Of a stretch of DNA of 64,000 bases, positions 20,703-30,964 are shown in pieces. The translations under genes and the position numbers were made by a program. The DNA is from a bacterium (GTDB taxonomy: Bacteria > Patescibacteriota > Patescibacteriia > JACPHY01), in contig JAUSKG010000022.1 in assembly GCA_030647005.1 (NCBI GenBank), positions 18,196 to 82,195 of the forward strand, in the 5' to 3' direction. Position 1 is the stretch's first letter; each line of letters starts with the position of its first letter. The notes under the pieces are model-generated. The model was given only the letters and a program-made list of their open reading frames with translations, made no database searches and was not told the DNA's origin.

Positions 20703-22295
20703 TCAATCGGACGACGGGAGGAGGTACCGATCGAGAAATGCCGTGTCGGTGGGATCGGCGGGCTGTGCGACCGCATCGCACAGCGCACGCGCATCGAATA
20801 CCACTCGCGCACGATCGTCGCAGGCCGCACGGACGATACGCACGCGCCGCGCAAGGAGCGCGAGCGCATCGGGGAATGGTGGTGCGGGGTCGCCGTCCAC
20901 CAACAGTGCCACTATCGGTTTGGTCGTGCAGAGTGCGATGGGAAACGCGGTGGTGCGCATGCTCCCGAATACGAACGCATCCGCGTGGGTATGCGCGGTG
21001 TGAAAGTCCTCCGCGAGCACCTCGGCGCGCCCATCAAACATCCCTCGCACTTCCGCGAGACGATCTGGGTGCGCCTTGTAGACAACACCGTACCCGGCAT
21101 CGCGGAGTGCTTCGATGATGCGGAGTTCGAGGTCCAACTGCTGGAGCCCAAGCGACGCGGCGGCAGTGTACTTACGTTGTGCGTTCTGCGGAAATCCGAT
21201 GACCATGACGCGACGGATGCGCGCCGCTGCAGGGACCGGGCGCATGCGCTGCCGGATTGCGCGATAGATACCGCTCACGCCCGATACAATTGTGAGCGGG
21301 TTTGGCACGATGGGAAGCCGCGCGCGATGGATGCGACGGCAGAGATCGGCACTCCCATCGGTGTAGGTGACGTAGGTATCCGAGAGCGCGAACTCGGACC
21401 ATGTTGGCATCGCGGTGTTGAAGAGCCCTACGAATCCCCCGTGCGCAGCCGTCATCACGCGCCCGCCACGCTCCCGCACGGCGAGCGCGAGTGCGCGTTG
21501 GCGATGCTGCGTCGCCGATCCAAGCGCAACGTGCGCGACGGCATGGGCTGCAACGAATGCGCGCATCTGCAGCAGCATGCGGACTGCATCCACGAGCATT
21601 GCGTCCGTCCGCGTACGGAGTACATCACGGAACGCATCATCGGTAGGAATCGCGTACTGCTGAGCGATACCGGTACACGCATCCACCAACGACGCGGCAG
21701 CGATGCGCAGGGCCGCGCGTACACCAACAGGACAATCGGGCATCGGGGGAAGCGCGTCGTTGTACAGCGTCCGAACCCACTCCGGGGTGTGCGCGAGGTA
21801 CTCCGCGAGAAGCGCATGCGGTGCTCCTGCAACCCATATCCGACGTTCGGAGCGGACGCGCGCCGCCATCTTCACCGCAGTTGCATTCGCGGCAATTCCG
21901 CGCCCCCATCGCACCAGCCGAACCGCAGGCACCATCCACACGGCGCGCGCGGCACCGACGGATGCCGTAAATGATGCGGCGTGCCCGAGTGCCTCCGCAA
22001 ACCACGCGGCGGCTGGCTGGCACACGGGCTCATGCCCCGCCGCACGCACGCGCACCACCACCGCGCGCGCGTGGAGCATGTGCACGAGCGTGACCGGAAG
22101 CTCGCGCGCGATGAGCAGCGCGGCACCGACATCCCCCGGCGTGGCGGCAATGGCGGATCGCACGGATCCTTCCACTGCATCGGCTAACGCAATAAATTCG
22201 TGGTCCGGGACGGGCCACGAGCATGTCTCGCGCCAGCGATCAACGCCGAATGCTTTCACGGAGCCGATGTCGAGGGGGAACTCGCGGGTTGCCAT
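20703..22295 (-). CDS. Hypothetical protein, possible GT-B-fold glycosyl/sialyltransferase-like
   Basis: 530 aa in operon; AAHGG, VYKAHP and STT-like (MRTTAF) motifs reminiscent of GT-B/TagF-like proteins. Confidence 0.5.
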   Translation of the reverse strand: MATREFPLDIGSVKAFGVDRWRETCSWPVPDHEFIALADAVEGSVRSAIAATPGDVGAALLIARELPVTLVHMLHARAVVVRVRAAGHEPVCQPAAAWFAEALGHAASFTASVGAARAVWMVPAVRLVRWGRGIAANATAVKMAARVRSERRIWVAGAPHALLAEYLAHTPEWVRTLYNDALPPMPDCPVGVRAALRIAAASLVDACTGIAQQYAIPTDDAFRDVLRTRTDAMLVDAVRMLLQMRAFVAAHAVAHVALGSATQHRQRALALAVRERGGRVMTAAHGGFVGLFNTAMPTWSEFALSDTYVTYTDGSADLCRRIHRARLPIVPNPLTIVSGVSGIYRAIRQRMRPVPAAARIRRVMVIGFPQNAQRKYTAAASLGLQQLDLELRIIEALRDAGYGVVYKAHPDRLAEVRGMFDGRAEVLAEDFHTAHTHADAFVFGSMRTTAFPIALCTTKPIVALLVDGDPAPPFPDALALLARRVRIVRAACDDRARVVFDARALCDAVAQPADPTDTAFLDRYLLPSSD

Positions 22296-23329
22296 ACCGA
22301 TGGAGCTACTGACGATATGCGCGACGCATCCGTGCGAAGCCCGTGCGCGTCATACACCGCCTCAAATGCACGGGCGGCATCGAGCACCGATTGCGGGGTT
22401 GCGCAACGAACACCAGGACGCATGACCGGCGGCTTCTCGCCAACGATCGGACGGACGGCGCGGACGACCAGCGTACGGTCGTGCGCCGCAATCGCGATAC
22501 CGTCATCATGCACACGAATAATCAGCCCACTCATGAACGGATGGAATGCCCCATCACGATCATGCGTGGTTGCCCCATGCAACGTCACACGCGCACCACG
22601 GAGGAACGTCATCGCACCGGAGTACGGATCGTCAAACGCCGCGATGAACTGCGCAATCTCCTCGCCACTCCACCGCCAATCAACGAAACCGTGCTCTGCG
22701 GTCGCGAGCCGCGGGAAGTACGTTGCACGTGCCTCGTCTTGCGAGATGTGCGGAAAATCATCGTCCACACGAAGCCGGTCGAGAAATCGCGCAAAAAAAT
22801 CCGGCTCGTGTGCAACGTGATATGCCCGATACTCCGCAGGGGTCCGACAGGTCTCTGGGAACATGTACGACTCCATGGCGATGATGGGACCGCTATCGAC
22901 ACCTGCATCCACCTCGTGGAAGAGGAACGCGCCACGGCGATCGTCGCGCATCACCTGCCACGAAAACGTCGCCGCGCCACGATTCTCCGGCAAGCACGTC
23001 CCGTGCGCGTTGAGGAGCCGACCCGCAAACAACACGAGGTGCTCATTGCGGAAAATCCACGGCGCACCAAACGATATACCAATCGTGCGCTCGTCGACGA
23101 GCGTCTCGAGGGGGAAGGCGCGGAGATCGGTAATGGAATGGAATGGGATGCCCATATCCCGCAGGTGCTGCTCGACCGTCACCGTCGTGCCGTCGAGTAC
23201 CGCCGTGAGGAGTCGCGGCGCGGAACACACGATCACGCCGTACCCGCGCGCGATCGCGTGCTGCGCGAATGCGGCGAGACGCGTCCCACCGCCGAAGAGC
23301 ACAAATCGGTTGATGGGGCCAAATCGCAT
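22256..23329 (-). CDS. Formyltransferase-family protein (second)
   Basis: LNAHGTCLPENRG, GVDSGPII, FIAAFDDPYSGA. Confidence 0.8.
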   Translation of the reverse strand: MRFGPINRFVLFGGGTRLAAFAQHAIARGYGVIVCSAPRLLTAVLDGTTVTVEQHLRDMGIPFHSITDLRAFPLETLVDERTIGISFGAPWIFRNEHLVLFAGRLLNAHGTCLPENRGAATFSWQVMRDDRRGAFLFHEVDAGVDSGPIIAMESYMFPETCRTPAEYRAYHVAHEPDFFARFLDRLRVDDDFPHISQDEARATYFPRLATAEHGFVDWRWSGEEIAQFIAAFDDPYSGAMTFLRGARVTLHGATTHDRDGAFHPFMSGLIIRVHDDGIAIAAHDRTLVVRAVRPIVGEKPPVMRPGVRCATPQSVLDAARAFEAVYDAHGLRTDASRISSVAPSVWQPASSPSTSAP

Positions 23330-23330
23330 A

Positions 23331-24029
23331 CTATGACGCAATGATGCGCACCACCTCAAACGCCTCGGCCGCACGCAAGCCAGCCGTCGCGCCGCGCCAG
23401 CATGCGAGCGCATCAATCGCCTCATGCGACCGCGGATGCGGAAAGGGGCGCATCTCCCGCTCGTAGTGCCGGAGCGCTTCATGTTTCGTTGCGAGTGTGT
23501 CGGTGATGTCCACAAAGAGCGTCGGCGCAAAGGCAGCGGGGCTGTTCCACTCGGTTGCGGACGGCGTCTCAAATGAGAGAATCGTCCGCACGCACATGCC
23601 AGGGAGCGGCCGACACGCGGTGAGCACTGCTGCGAACGTTGCGCGATGGTCCACATTGAGGTCGCCGCGGTGATGCGTGAGAATCGTGTCGGGACGATGC
23701 TCCGCAACCGCCGCCTCCACGGCCTTCGCAATGTCGAGGAGCGGAACGGTATCAAAACGGTTATCCGGAAAATCGAGGACACGTACGGAAGCAACCGCCA
23801 ATGCTGCTGCCGCACCCTGTGCCGCCGCTTGAAGCCCATCAACCACTGCGTGTTGCGCAAGCCCCACAGCGCGCGTCGCATGCCGCGCGGTCTCACCTTC
23901 TCCGAGAACGAGCACATGCGCGGTCGCGCCCGCACGCACCCACTTTGCAACCGTCCCCGCACAACCGAGTACTTCGTCATCGGGATGCGCGGCAACGATG
24001 AGTACGCTCCGCGGTATTGAAAATGCCAT
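23331..24029 (-). CDS. PIG-L/LmbE-family de-N-acetylase
   Basis: AAHPDDEVLG, THHRGDLNVDH, PHPRS. Confidence 0.92.
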   Translation of the reverse strand: MAFSIPRSVLIVAAHPDDEVLGCAGTVAKWVRAGATAHVLVLGEGETARHATRAVGLAQHAVVDGLQAAAQGAAAALAVASVRVLDFPDNRFDTVPLLDIAKAVEAAVAEHRPDTILTHHRGDLNVDHRATFAAVLTACRPLPGMCVRTILSFETPSATEWNSPAAFAPTLFVDITDTLATKHEALRHYEREMRPFPHPRSHEAIDALACWRGATAGLRAAEAFEVVRIIAS

Positions 24030-24035
24030 ATATGG

Positions 24036-24758
24036 TTACCGACGCCCTCCGCTCACGAGCACGGTCTCACCGGAAATGTACCGCGCTGCGTCGGATGCGA
24101 GGAACGCGACGACGCTCGCGACATCATCCGGCGTACCAACGCGCCCGAGCGGGGTTTGTGCGATGATCCGATCCGTACGATCGGCAGTGGAATGACGCGC
24201 TTGAAAATCCGTCGCAATCACGCTTGGCGCGACGCCAACAACACGCACGCCACGTGGCCCGAGCTCCTTCGCGAGGCCGATCGTAAATGCGTCTACCCCG
24301 GCCTTCGCCACTGCATAGTGGAGCGAATCACCGGACCCGCCGGTGCGTGCAGCAATGGACGATACATTCACAATGACCGCGTGTGTTGATGCAGTGAGCA
24401 ACGAGAGGAGTGCGTGCGTTGTGCGTACCGTCGAAAGGAGATTGGTATCGAGCGCCGCGCGCCAGAGCGTATCATCCGATGCGGTAAACGATGACCGCCG
24501 CACCGCATCGCCAACATTGTTCACCAGGATGTCCAATGATGCACACTCGCCACCGAGATGATCGGCGAGTGCGGCGATGGCGGCGGGATCAACCGCGTCG
24601 CACACGATCACCGCACTCGTAGACACCGCAGGCATCGTGCGCGCGGTGACCCACACGCGCGCACCCGCGCTCGTGAGCGCATCGGCGATCGCGCGACCGA
24701 TGCCTTTGGTGCCACCGGTCACGAGTGCCGTACGGCCGTGAAGCGTGCTCGTGGTCAT
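24036..24758 (-). CDS. Short-chain dehydrogenase/reductase
   Basis: TGGTKGIG, LVNNVG, YAVAK. Confidence 0.92.
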   Translation of the reverse strand: MTTSTLHGRTALVTGGTKGIGRAIADALTSAGARVWVTARTMPAVSTSAVIVCDAVDPAAIAALADHLGGECASLDILVNNVGDAVRRSSFTASDDTLWRAALDTNLLSTVRTTHALLSLLTASTHAVIVNVSSIAARTGGSGDSLHYAVAKAGVDAFTIGLAKELGPRGVRVVGVAPSVIATDFQARHSTADRTDRIIAQTPLGRVGTPDDVASVVAFLASDAARYISGETVLVSGGRR

Positions 24759-25888
24759 ACGGATGCAGTGCGTATGGACGCCGGCTCGCGCCGCGCTTCC
24801 GACTGCGACGCGACGATTGCGGCGGTGTGCGCAGCGAACCGGAGCGCATGAAGAAAGAGCAGCGTGCTCGCGTGACGGAACGCAGTTGCCTCGCCATCCA
24901 CGAACTCCACCGCCCGCTCGTAGTTTGCGGACACGCCACGGAGGAGGCACTGCAGGTACGAGAGTCGAAACCGAAGGCGCATGCGTCCATCGGCAAACCG
25001 CGGATCGAGCGCGACGAGCGCATCGTCCGTCGGAGCAACGAATGGCGCAAATTGTTCGACGTAGTGGCGGTATGCAACTTCGGGCCAGAGGAACGTGATG
25101 CGGAAATCGGGCGCACCGGACGTGTAGAGCGACGAGCGGATGAGGTACTGCTGGTAATCCGCGGTGTCATGGGGGAACGTGTATGCGAACCGTGCGACGC
25201 CGTAGAGCGGATCCGCCGTCGCCATACGCACGTCCGGATCAATCACCCGAAACGCGGCGGCACGCGCGAGGTCTTCGAGCACAAGATTGTCGCCGTGGAA
25301 ATTCCAGTGGCCAAGGGATGCGATATCCGACGGCCCGGTGTCGAGTGCGCCCACCGCATTGGAGGTGAGGATGCGATCCACGAGCACGGCGAGCGGCGCG
25401 TACCGGACGCCGTCCAAGGTCACTCCGTCCGCAGCGAGGAGGTACGGAAACGGCTCCAATGCGCGGACGGCATCAAGCTCGCCGCGGAGCGCCGTGCGAA
25501 AATAGCGACCCGTTCCGCCGTCGTACGCGGGATCCGGACAATGCTCTGCGGCGATGTCGAGGAGCGCCGCGAGCACGGTGCGAAATGCAGCGGCAAGCTC
25601 GTCGGATGCCGTGAGCACGCTCTGCGTGTGCTCCGAAAACGTACGTCCGGCGAGCCGGGGCATGACGTAGGATTCTTTTCCGCGGAAGACCCCCGCAGTG
25701 CACACCCCCGCCGCGAGGATGGGCGGGAGCCGGTAACGGAGCGACGTATACGCACCGAGAGCGCGGATGCGTGCCACCTCCGCGCGGAGCTGCGCACCAT
25801 CGCCGAGCGCAATCTTCACGACGCGCTCACCGCCTGGCACACCAACCACCGCAATGCAGTACTTGTCAGACGATTTGAGAATGCGCAT
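24755..25888 (-). CDS. Aminoglycoside-phosphotransferase/choline-kinase-like protein
   Basis: VVKIA lysine, YVMPRL, HWNFHGDNL (divergent HGD..N), VIDP, DPLYGVAR. Confidence 0.6.
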   Translation of the reverse strand: MRILKSSDKYCIAVVGVPGGERVVKIALGDGAQLRAEVARIRALGAYTSLRYRLPPILAAGVCTAGVFRGKESYVMPRLAGRTFSEHTQSVLTASDELAAAFRTVLAALLDIAAEHCPDPAYDGGTGRYFRTALRGELDAVRALEPFPYLLAADGVTLDGVRYAPLAVLVDRILTSNAVGALDTGPSDIASLGHWNFHGDNLVLEDLARAAAFRVIDPDVRMATADPLYGVARFAYTFPHDTADYQQYLIRSSLYTSGAPDFRITFLWPEVAYRHYVEQFAPFVAPTDDALVALDPRFADGRMRLRFRLSYLQCLLRGVSANYERAVEFVDGEATAFRHASTLLFLHALRFAAHTAAIVASQSEARREPASIRTASV

Positions 25889-27080
25889 GCATGGGGGCAA
25901 CAGACGGCATCGTACGCGCGGCGCGCGACAGCGTCGTGAAACACTCGGGACGAGTAGCGGTGGTGAGGTACCGAACGGCGTCGAGCACACTCCGGCAGTA
26001 CCCGCGAACATTGTGCACATACGCTTGCACGAGCAGCTCGCTCACCGGGTTTCCACCGATCCCGAACGCATCATCGCTCCACTGGAGGAACCGCTCACTC
26101 GCAAGGACCACTGCGGATGCACGACATCGCTCAAACCCGCGGCTCCCGAGCGGCACATCCGCCATGCGCAGCGTGTGCGGGAGACGCACCGCAGTGTCCG
26201 CAAACGCCGCTGCGACATCGCGGTGCGTGATACGAACGCCGCTCGCGGTCCGGTAGCGGAGGAAAAATCGCGAGAGCTGGTACCCTGGCGGCATGATGAG
26301 CGTCCGAAGGGCGACGGTGTTCACGCCGGGCACTTCGGGAAAGAGTGTCGCCATCGCCATCTCGAGCTGCGAAAAACTCGGCCGGAGATTGTTCCGAGCA
26401 TCTTGGCTCCGCGCCTCAAATGATTTGGTCCCGAGGCGTCCGGTCGGTGTATCCGGGTGCACGATATCTACCTCGAGCCGACGGATATCCCACTGGGAGA
26501 CATCCATGCGCTCCGCGAGTTCGAGTAGTCCGCGGAGTTGCGCCGCCCACCCGTTGCTCTGACAAGACCCCAGTGCGAAGACGCGATCCGCACCAATCGA
26601 CCGCAACGGGTTCGGGAGGAACCGCGACGGCGCGCCGATGAGGTTGATGTACAGCGACGGGAGCTGTGCTGCCTCGGCAACGCCCACAACGAATCGCGCC
26701 ACGTCCGTGAACCGGCGGATGACGGCGTCGTCCCCGATCTCCTTCTTTGAAGTCGCCAGGATCGCAACGGCGTACCGCTCGCCCAGTGCAGTGAGGTCCG
26801 CCGTCTGGCTATCGCCCCACACAACACGAATGAGATGACCGCGGACGACGAGCGCCTGCTGCACGCGATCGACGCGGACGACATCAAGAAGCTCCGGCTC
26901 CGCGAGCACAATGCGCGCGTAGAGGGCATCGAGCGCATCGAGGTGCGGGTGCTTTGTATCGCCCTCAATGGGATGCGTCAGGATCGTCGTGATGCGGAAG
27001 CCGTCTGCCGCGGGATCGTTCATCGCAACGAGCGACGCGCCGATTTCGGCACCGCAGCCAATGAGGAGGACACGGTTCAT
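25866..27080 (-). CDS. Highly divergent GAPDH-like dehydrogenase
   Basis: Rossmann LIGCG; GSCQSN (cf. ASCTTN); IVHP (cf. TVHS); ARNNLRP (cf. AAENIIP); AYVHNVRGY (cf. WYDNEWGY). Confidence 0.65.
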   Translation of the reverse strand: MNRVLLIGCGAEIGASLVAMNDPAADGFRITTILTHPIEGDTKHPHLDALDALYARIVLAEPELLDVVRVDRVQQALVVRGHLIRVVWGDSQTADLTALGERYAVAILATSKKEIGDDAVIRRFTDVARFVVGVAEAAQLPSLYINLIGAPSRFLPNPLRSIGADRVFALGSCQSNGWAAQLRGLLELAERMDVSQWDIRRLEVDIVHPDTPTGRLGTKSFEARSQDARNNLRPSFSQLEMAMATLFPEVPGVNTVALRTLIMPPGYQLSRFFLRYRTASGVRITHRDVAAAFADTAVRLPHTLRMADVPLGSRGFERCRASAVVLASERFLQWSDDAFGIGGNPVSELLVQAYVHNVRGYCRSVLDAVRYLTTATRPECFTTLSRAARTMPSVAPMHAHSQIV

Positions 27081-28159
27081 AGCACGGGAACCCGCGCGGG
27101 CACTGATGCCGCGATGACGGGCGCAAAGTGCGCAACGGGGTACATTACAAGACCATCATGCACCGCCTCCGGACGTGCCGGATACCCAAGCAGCACACGA
27201 ACAACCGCGGCTGGCACATTGGCGCCGGCGACCACCGCGGCGCCAACTGCGCCACTCATGCGCACGCTGGCATCGAGGAGGCGCGGGGCACCATCCGCAT
27301 CGCGCGCAATGTCAAAATCGCACGCACCGTGGATGCCGAACGCGCGCACGATCGCGCCGACGTATTCCATGATATCGGGTTCGCACGCGACGCGACACCC
27401 AGCGTTCACCGGGAGCAATGGATCGTACAACCGCAGCCGCGGAATCACCTGCTCCGGGATACCGCCACGCGCCACCACGTCCACATCGTAGACCGCGCCG
27501 CCGTAGTAGGGCATCGCGAGATATCCTGCGAGCGCGATGCCCTGCGCCACGGCCGCGTCGAGCGATCCGGTCCCGCACGCGCGCTCCGGGAGGTCGGGAA
27601 GGAGCGAACGGAACGTGCGCACACGAGCATCGAGGATAATAACCCCGCGCGATCCCGTGCTCCGTCCGGGTTTGAGCACGACACGCCGATCCGGATACCC
27701 GAGACGCGCCGCCGCTTCGCGCGCCACACACCAATCGTCCACCACGGCAAATGCACCCACTGCGATGCCGCGCGCCGCGAGAAACGCGAGCGTCGCACGC
27801 TTATCCGTGAGACAGGACACGATGTCGTGCGCCGGAACCGCGGGGATTATTCCCGCCGCGAGGAGCGCATCACGGTGTGCAGCAAGCACACGACACTCGG
27901 CCTCCGATCCCGGCAGAATGACATCGAGGCGCTCGCGTGCGTGGAGTGCGAAAAGCGCCGCAATGTAGCGCTCGGGATCCTCCTCGGCCATCGGGAGCAC
28001 CGCGAACACATCAACAAATCGCCTGCCAGCCGCATCGGCATTTGCATCAATACCCACGATGAACGCATCGAGATCATCCGCGGTGCGCAGCGCGGTGCAG
28101 AGATCGTACGTGTAGCGACCGCCGATGCAGGTGACGGCGATGTGGGTGCGCCGCATCAT
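27077..28159 (-). CDS. ATP-grasp ligase (carbamoyl-phosphate-synthase-like)
   Basis: ILPGSEAE, DKRAT, VLKPGRSTGSRG, YDVD, DASVRMSG. Confidence 0.82.
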   Translation of the reverse strand: MMRRTHIAVTCIGGRYTYDLCTALRTADDLDAFIVGIDANADAAGRRFVDVFAVLPMAEEDPERYIAALFALHARERLDVILPGSEAECRVLAAHRDALLAAGIIPAVPAHDIVSCLTDKRATLAFLAARGIAVGAFAVVDDWCVAREAAARLGYPDRRVVLKPGRSTGSRGVIILDARVRTFRSLLPDLPERACGTGSLDAAVAQGIALAGYLAMPYYGGAVYDVDVVARGGIPEQVIPRLRLYDPLLPVNAGCRVACEPDIMEYVGAIVRAFGIHGACDFDIARDADGAPRLLDASVRMSGAVGAAVVAGANVPAAVVRVLLGYPARPEAVHDGLVMYPVAHFAPVIAASVPARVPVL

Positions 28160-29184
28160 ACGACAGCAATCGCATCTGCGGTAACCGGCGCATCTTTCGC
28201 GACTGCGCGGACGAGACGGCGGCCGAGGAGCGTGTCATACTCCCGCGCGTCAATGCCCGGCGTTGCGGCGCGCTTCGCGGTCACGACATCCGGCGTCAGC
28301 GTGGTCCCCGCAGGGAGATCGCGCGCCGCAACAATGGTTCGCCGATACTGCGCACGGAGCGGCACCTCGGCCGTCACCGGCACCTTCACGCCAGACCCGA
28401 GGGCTGCCTCGGTGGCCCGCACGGCGCGGATGAGGTCTGCGAATTCCTCCATTGTCGCGGAGAAATGGTGATCAGGGCCCGAGAGCGCCCGGTCAAGCGT
28501 CACATGCTTCTCGATAATCTGTGCGCCAAGCGCAACTGCCGCAATCGCACAGGTTGCACCAATGCTGTGATCGGAGTATCCCACCGGATATGGAAACACG
28601 TCACGAAGCGTCGTGATCACACGGAGGTTGGCATCCTCAGGGGGTAATGGGTAGCGCGCGGTGCAGTGGAGGATTGCAAGCTGGCGACACCCCGCCTCCT
28701 CCACCGTCCGTACGGTCCATGCAACCTCTTCCTGGGTGCTCATCGCGGTCGAAATGATGAGCGGCAATCCAGACGTCGCGGCCGCACGGAGGAGCGGAAG
28801 GTTGGTGAGATTCCCGGAGGAAATCTTTATCGCAGGAAAGCCGAGCGCGCGAATCGTGGCGATGTCTTCTGGCATCGCAAAGGACGCAAACACCGAAATG
28901 TGGACGTCTGCGGCTGCACGGGCAATGCGCTCCCACGCCCCGGGCGGCAACGCAATGTGCCGAAACAACTCGTACGATGGCGTCCCCGGCGCATAGTCGC
29001 GCGCCGCGTCCACGAGCTGAAACTTCACCGCGTCCGCACCCGCCGCGGCCGACCGTCGCACCATCTCCATTGCGAGGTCGAGATTCCCGTTGTGGTTGAT
29101 GCCAATCTCGGCGATGACGTACACCGGGCACGCATCGCCAATACGAGACGTCGCAATCGTGAGCGAACGATAATCCATGGTCAT
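28156..29184 (-). CDS. NeuB-family nonulosonate synthase (copy 2)
   Basis: IAEIGINHNG, DAVKFQ, LHCTARYP, GYSDHS, IEKHVTL, SAF domain. Confidence 0.92.
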   Translation of the reverse strand: MTMDYRSLTIATSRIGDACPVYVIAEIGINHNGNLDLAMEMVRRSAAAGADAVKFQLVDAARDYAPGTPSYELFRHIALPPGAWERIARAAADVHISVFASFAMPEDIATIRALGFPAIKISSGNLTNLPLLRAAATSGLPLIISTAMSTQEEVAWTVRTVEEAGCRQLAILHCTARYPLPPEDANLRVITTLRDVFPYPVGYSDHSIGATCAIAAVALGAQIIEKHVTLDRALSGPDHHFSATMEEFADLIRAVRATEAALGSGVKVPVTAEVPLRAQYRRTIVAARDLPAGTTLTPDVVTAKRAATPGIDAREYDTLLGRRLVRAVAKDAPVTADAIAVV

Positions 29185-29963
29185 ACAATACCCGTTGCTC
29201 CGGGAGCAGTAGTATTCATATACCACGCCCTGCCGACGCCAGCATCAATCCAATTATTCACCCGATTGATCTCCGGATGCGCGTCAAGGAAGGATATGAT
29301 GCGCGGGAAGTCCAGCGGTACCGCTGGCGACAACCCAATCCCCGCATAGATGGCCCGCATCACCACCAAATCCTCCGGCCAATCCACGGTGAGCCGATAC
29401 CGCTGCGGATCAATGGACAGCGGTGCGGGATGGTTCATGACGTGAAATTCCTCCGGATGTTCACGGATGTAAAGCCCGCAGAGCTCGCTCCGATGCCGCT
29501 CGTCCCCCTTTTCCCACGATGCGCGCAGGGCATCGGTACGAATAATCTGAAATGATGCCCCATCCGGCAACCCGAACACCCCAGAATAATCCAAGGCGTG
29601 CTCCTGATGGTACTGCCACACGCTCGGTAAACACCCGAGATATGGAAATGGACTCTCCGTCGTCACACGGAACACATGATCCGCACCCACGCGCTCGGCC
29701 CCCAGGATGAGCCGACGCAATACATCACGCTCATCGCCAACCACAAATGGGATCCCATACGCTGCGCTCTTCTGCCGATACACCGCGTTCTCTTCGCGCT
29801 CGGAAATACAGAGCACGATGTCGTCAATCTCGAGCCGCTGCTGCAGCTGCGCAACGAGATAATCGAGAATCGAAACGCCGCGCTCCACGTCGAGGTTCTG
29901 GAGTGGCTTCGCATACAATCGCGACGACTGGTTGCGACACGCGAGGATGGCGGCAAGTTTCAT
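29181..29963 (-). CDS. SpsF-type cytidylyltransferase-family protein (copy 3)
   Basis: LACRNQSSRLYAKPL, GDERDVLRR, RLTVDWPEDL. Confidence 0.85.
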   Translation of the reverse strand: MKLAAILACRNQSSRLYAKPLQNLDVERGVSILDYLVAQLQQRLEIDDIVLCISEREENAVYRQKSAAYGIPFVVGDERDVLRRLILGAERVGADHVFRVTTESPFPYLGCLPSVWQYHQEHALDYSGVFGLPDGASFQIIRTDALRASWEKGDERHRSELCGLYIREHPEEFHVMNHPAPLSIDPQRYRLTVDWPEDLVVMRAIYAGIGLSPAVPLDFPRIISFLDAHPEINRVNNWIDAGVGRAWYMNTTAPGATGIV

Positions 29964-30964
29964 ACAAGATCACCAGCTGCAATGATCGTGTCCGATGCGA
30001 TTGCACGACGCGCACGCTTTCCTATAACATCCGCAACTGCGGTGATGGTATTAATCTTGCTCGTGCGCTTCAGGATAAGATCCTCGGCACACATCACCTC
30101 GCCCGGCGCGATGTCTCGGTACGCGCACACCGTCCGCTGCAGCTTCTTGCGGTACGCCCACTCCCGATCGGTGAGTGCCCACTCCTGCGAACCGAGCGCA
30201 GCGTATGCGGTTTTTACTTTCTGGGAAAAATCGAGAAACTCTTCCGGGGTGAGCGCAGACACCCAATCTTCCATACCCGCCCTGCGGGAGAGCGTCAGGT
30301 GCTTCTCAATCACGGTCGCCCCCAATCCGATCGCCATGAACGCCGTGAACGGCGCGAGATCGGAATCACCAGCGGTGTGATCCTGAAACCCGATGGACGC
30401 ACGATACCGCTCTGCCAGCGTCGTGATTCTTCGAAGATTGTTATCTGCAATATCGGTTGGTTCTGCCTGAAACCCATGCATGATCGTGATCGGATGCCCG
30501 GCGAAAAGTGCAACGGCGGCATCCACTTCATCGGGGAGACACCCGCCCGTTGAAATGAGCATGTGCCGCTCGCGACTGCTCTGTGCGGCGACCACATGGA
30601 GGAGCGGGGTGTTCGCAATGTTGCTCGTATGCACTTTGTAGCCATCAACGCCGATCCGCTCTAACATCGCAAAGGACGCGCGACCGATAGCATCGGCGTA
30701 AAACGCCATACCTCGCGCGTGCGCATCGGCAACTGCCCGCTCCCACACCGCAGGCGGAAGCTCGAGCTGCTTGTACAGCGCGTAGTGCGTGTAATCGGGG
30801 AATGCCGACTCGTCCGCGTAGAAAATCTGAAACTTCACCGCGTCCGCTCCCGCGGCGGCAGCGGCCTGCACGAACAATGCAACAAGTTTTTCGCTCCCTT
30901 CGTATCCTTGCGCAACCTCCGCAATGAGGAATGGCGGCGCAGCGGTCACAAATGTGGTGCTCAT
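29960..30964 (-). CDS. NeuB-family synthase (copy 3, atypical motifs)
   Basis: IAEVAQGYEG, DAVKFQ, MHGFQAEP, GFQDHT, IEKHLTL. Confidence 0.85.
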   Translation of the reverse strand: MSTTFVTAAPPFLIAEVAQGYEGSEKLVALFVQAAAAAGADAVKFQIFYADESAFPDYTHYALYKQLELPPAVWERAVADAHARGMAFYADAIGRASFAMLERIGVDGYKVHTSNIANTPLLHVVAAQSSRERHMLISTGGCLPDEVDAAVALFAGHPITIMHGFQAEPTDIADNNLRRITTLAERYRASIGFQDHTAGDSDLAPFTAFMAIGLGATVIEKHLTLSRRAGMEDWVSALTPEEFLDFSQKVKTAYAALGSQEWALTDREWAYRKKLQRTVCAYRDIAPGEVMCAEDLILKRTSKINTITAVADVIGKRARRAIASDTIIAAGDLV

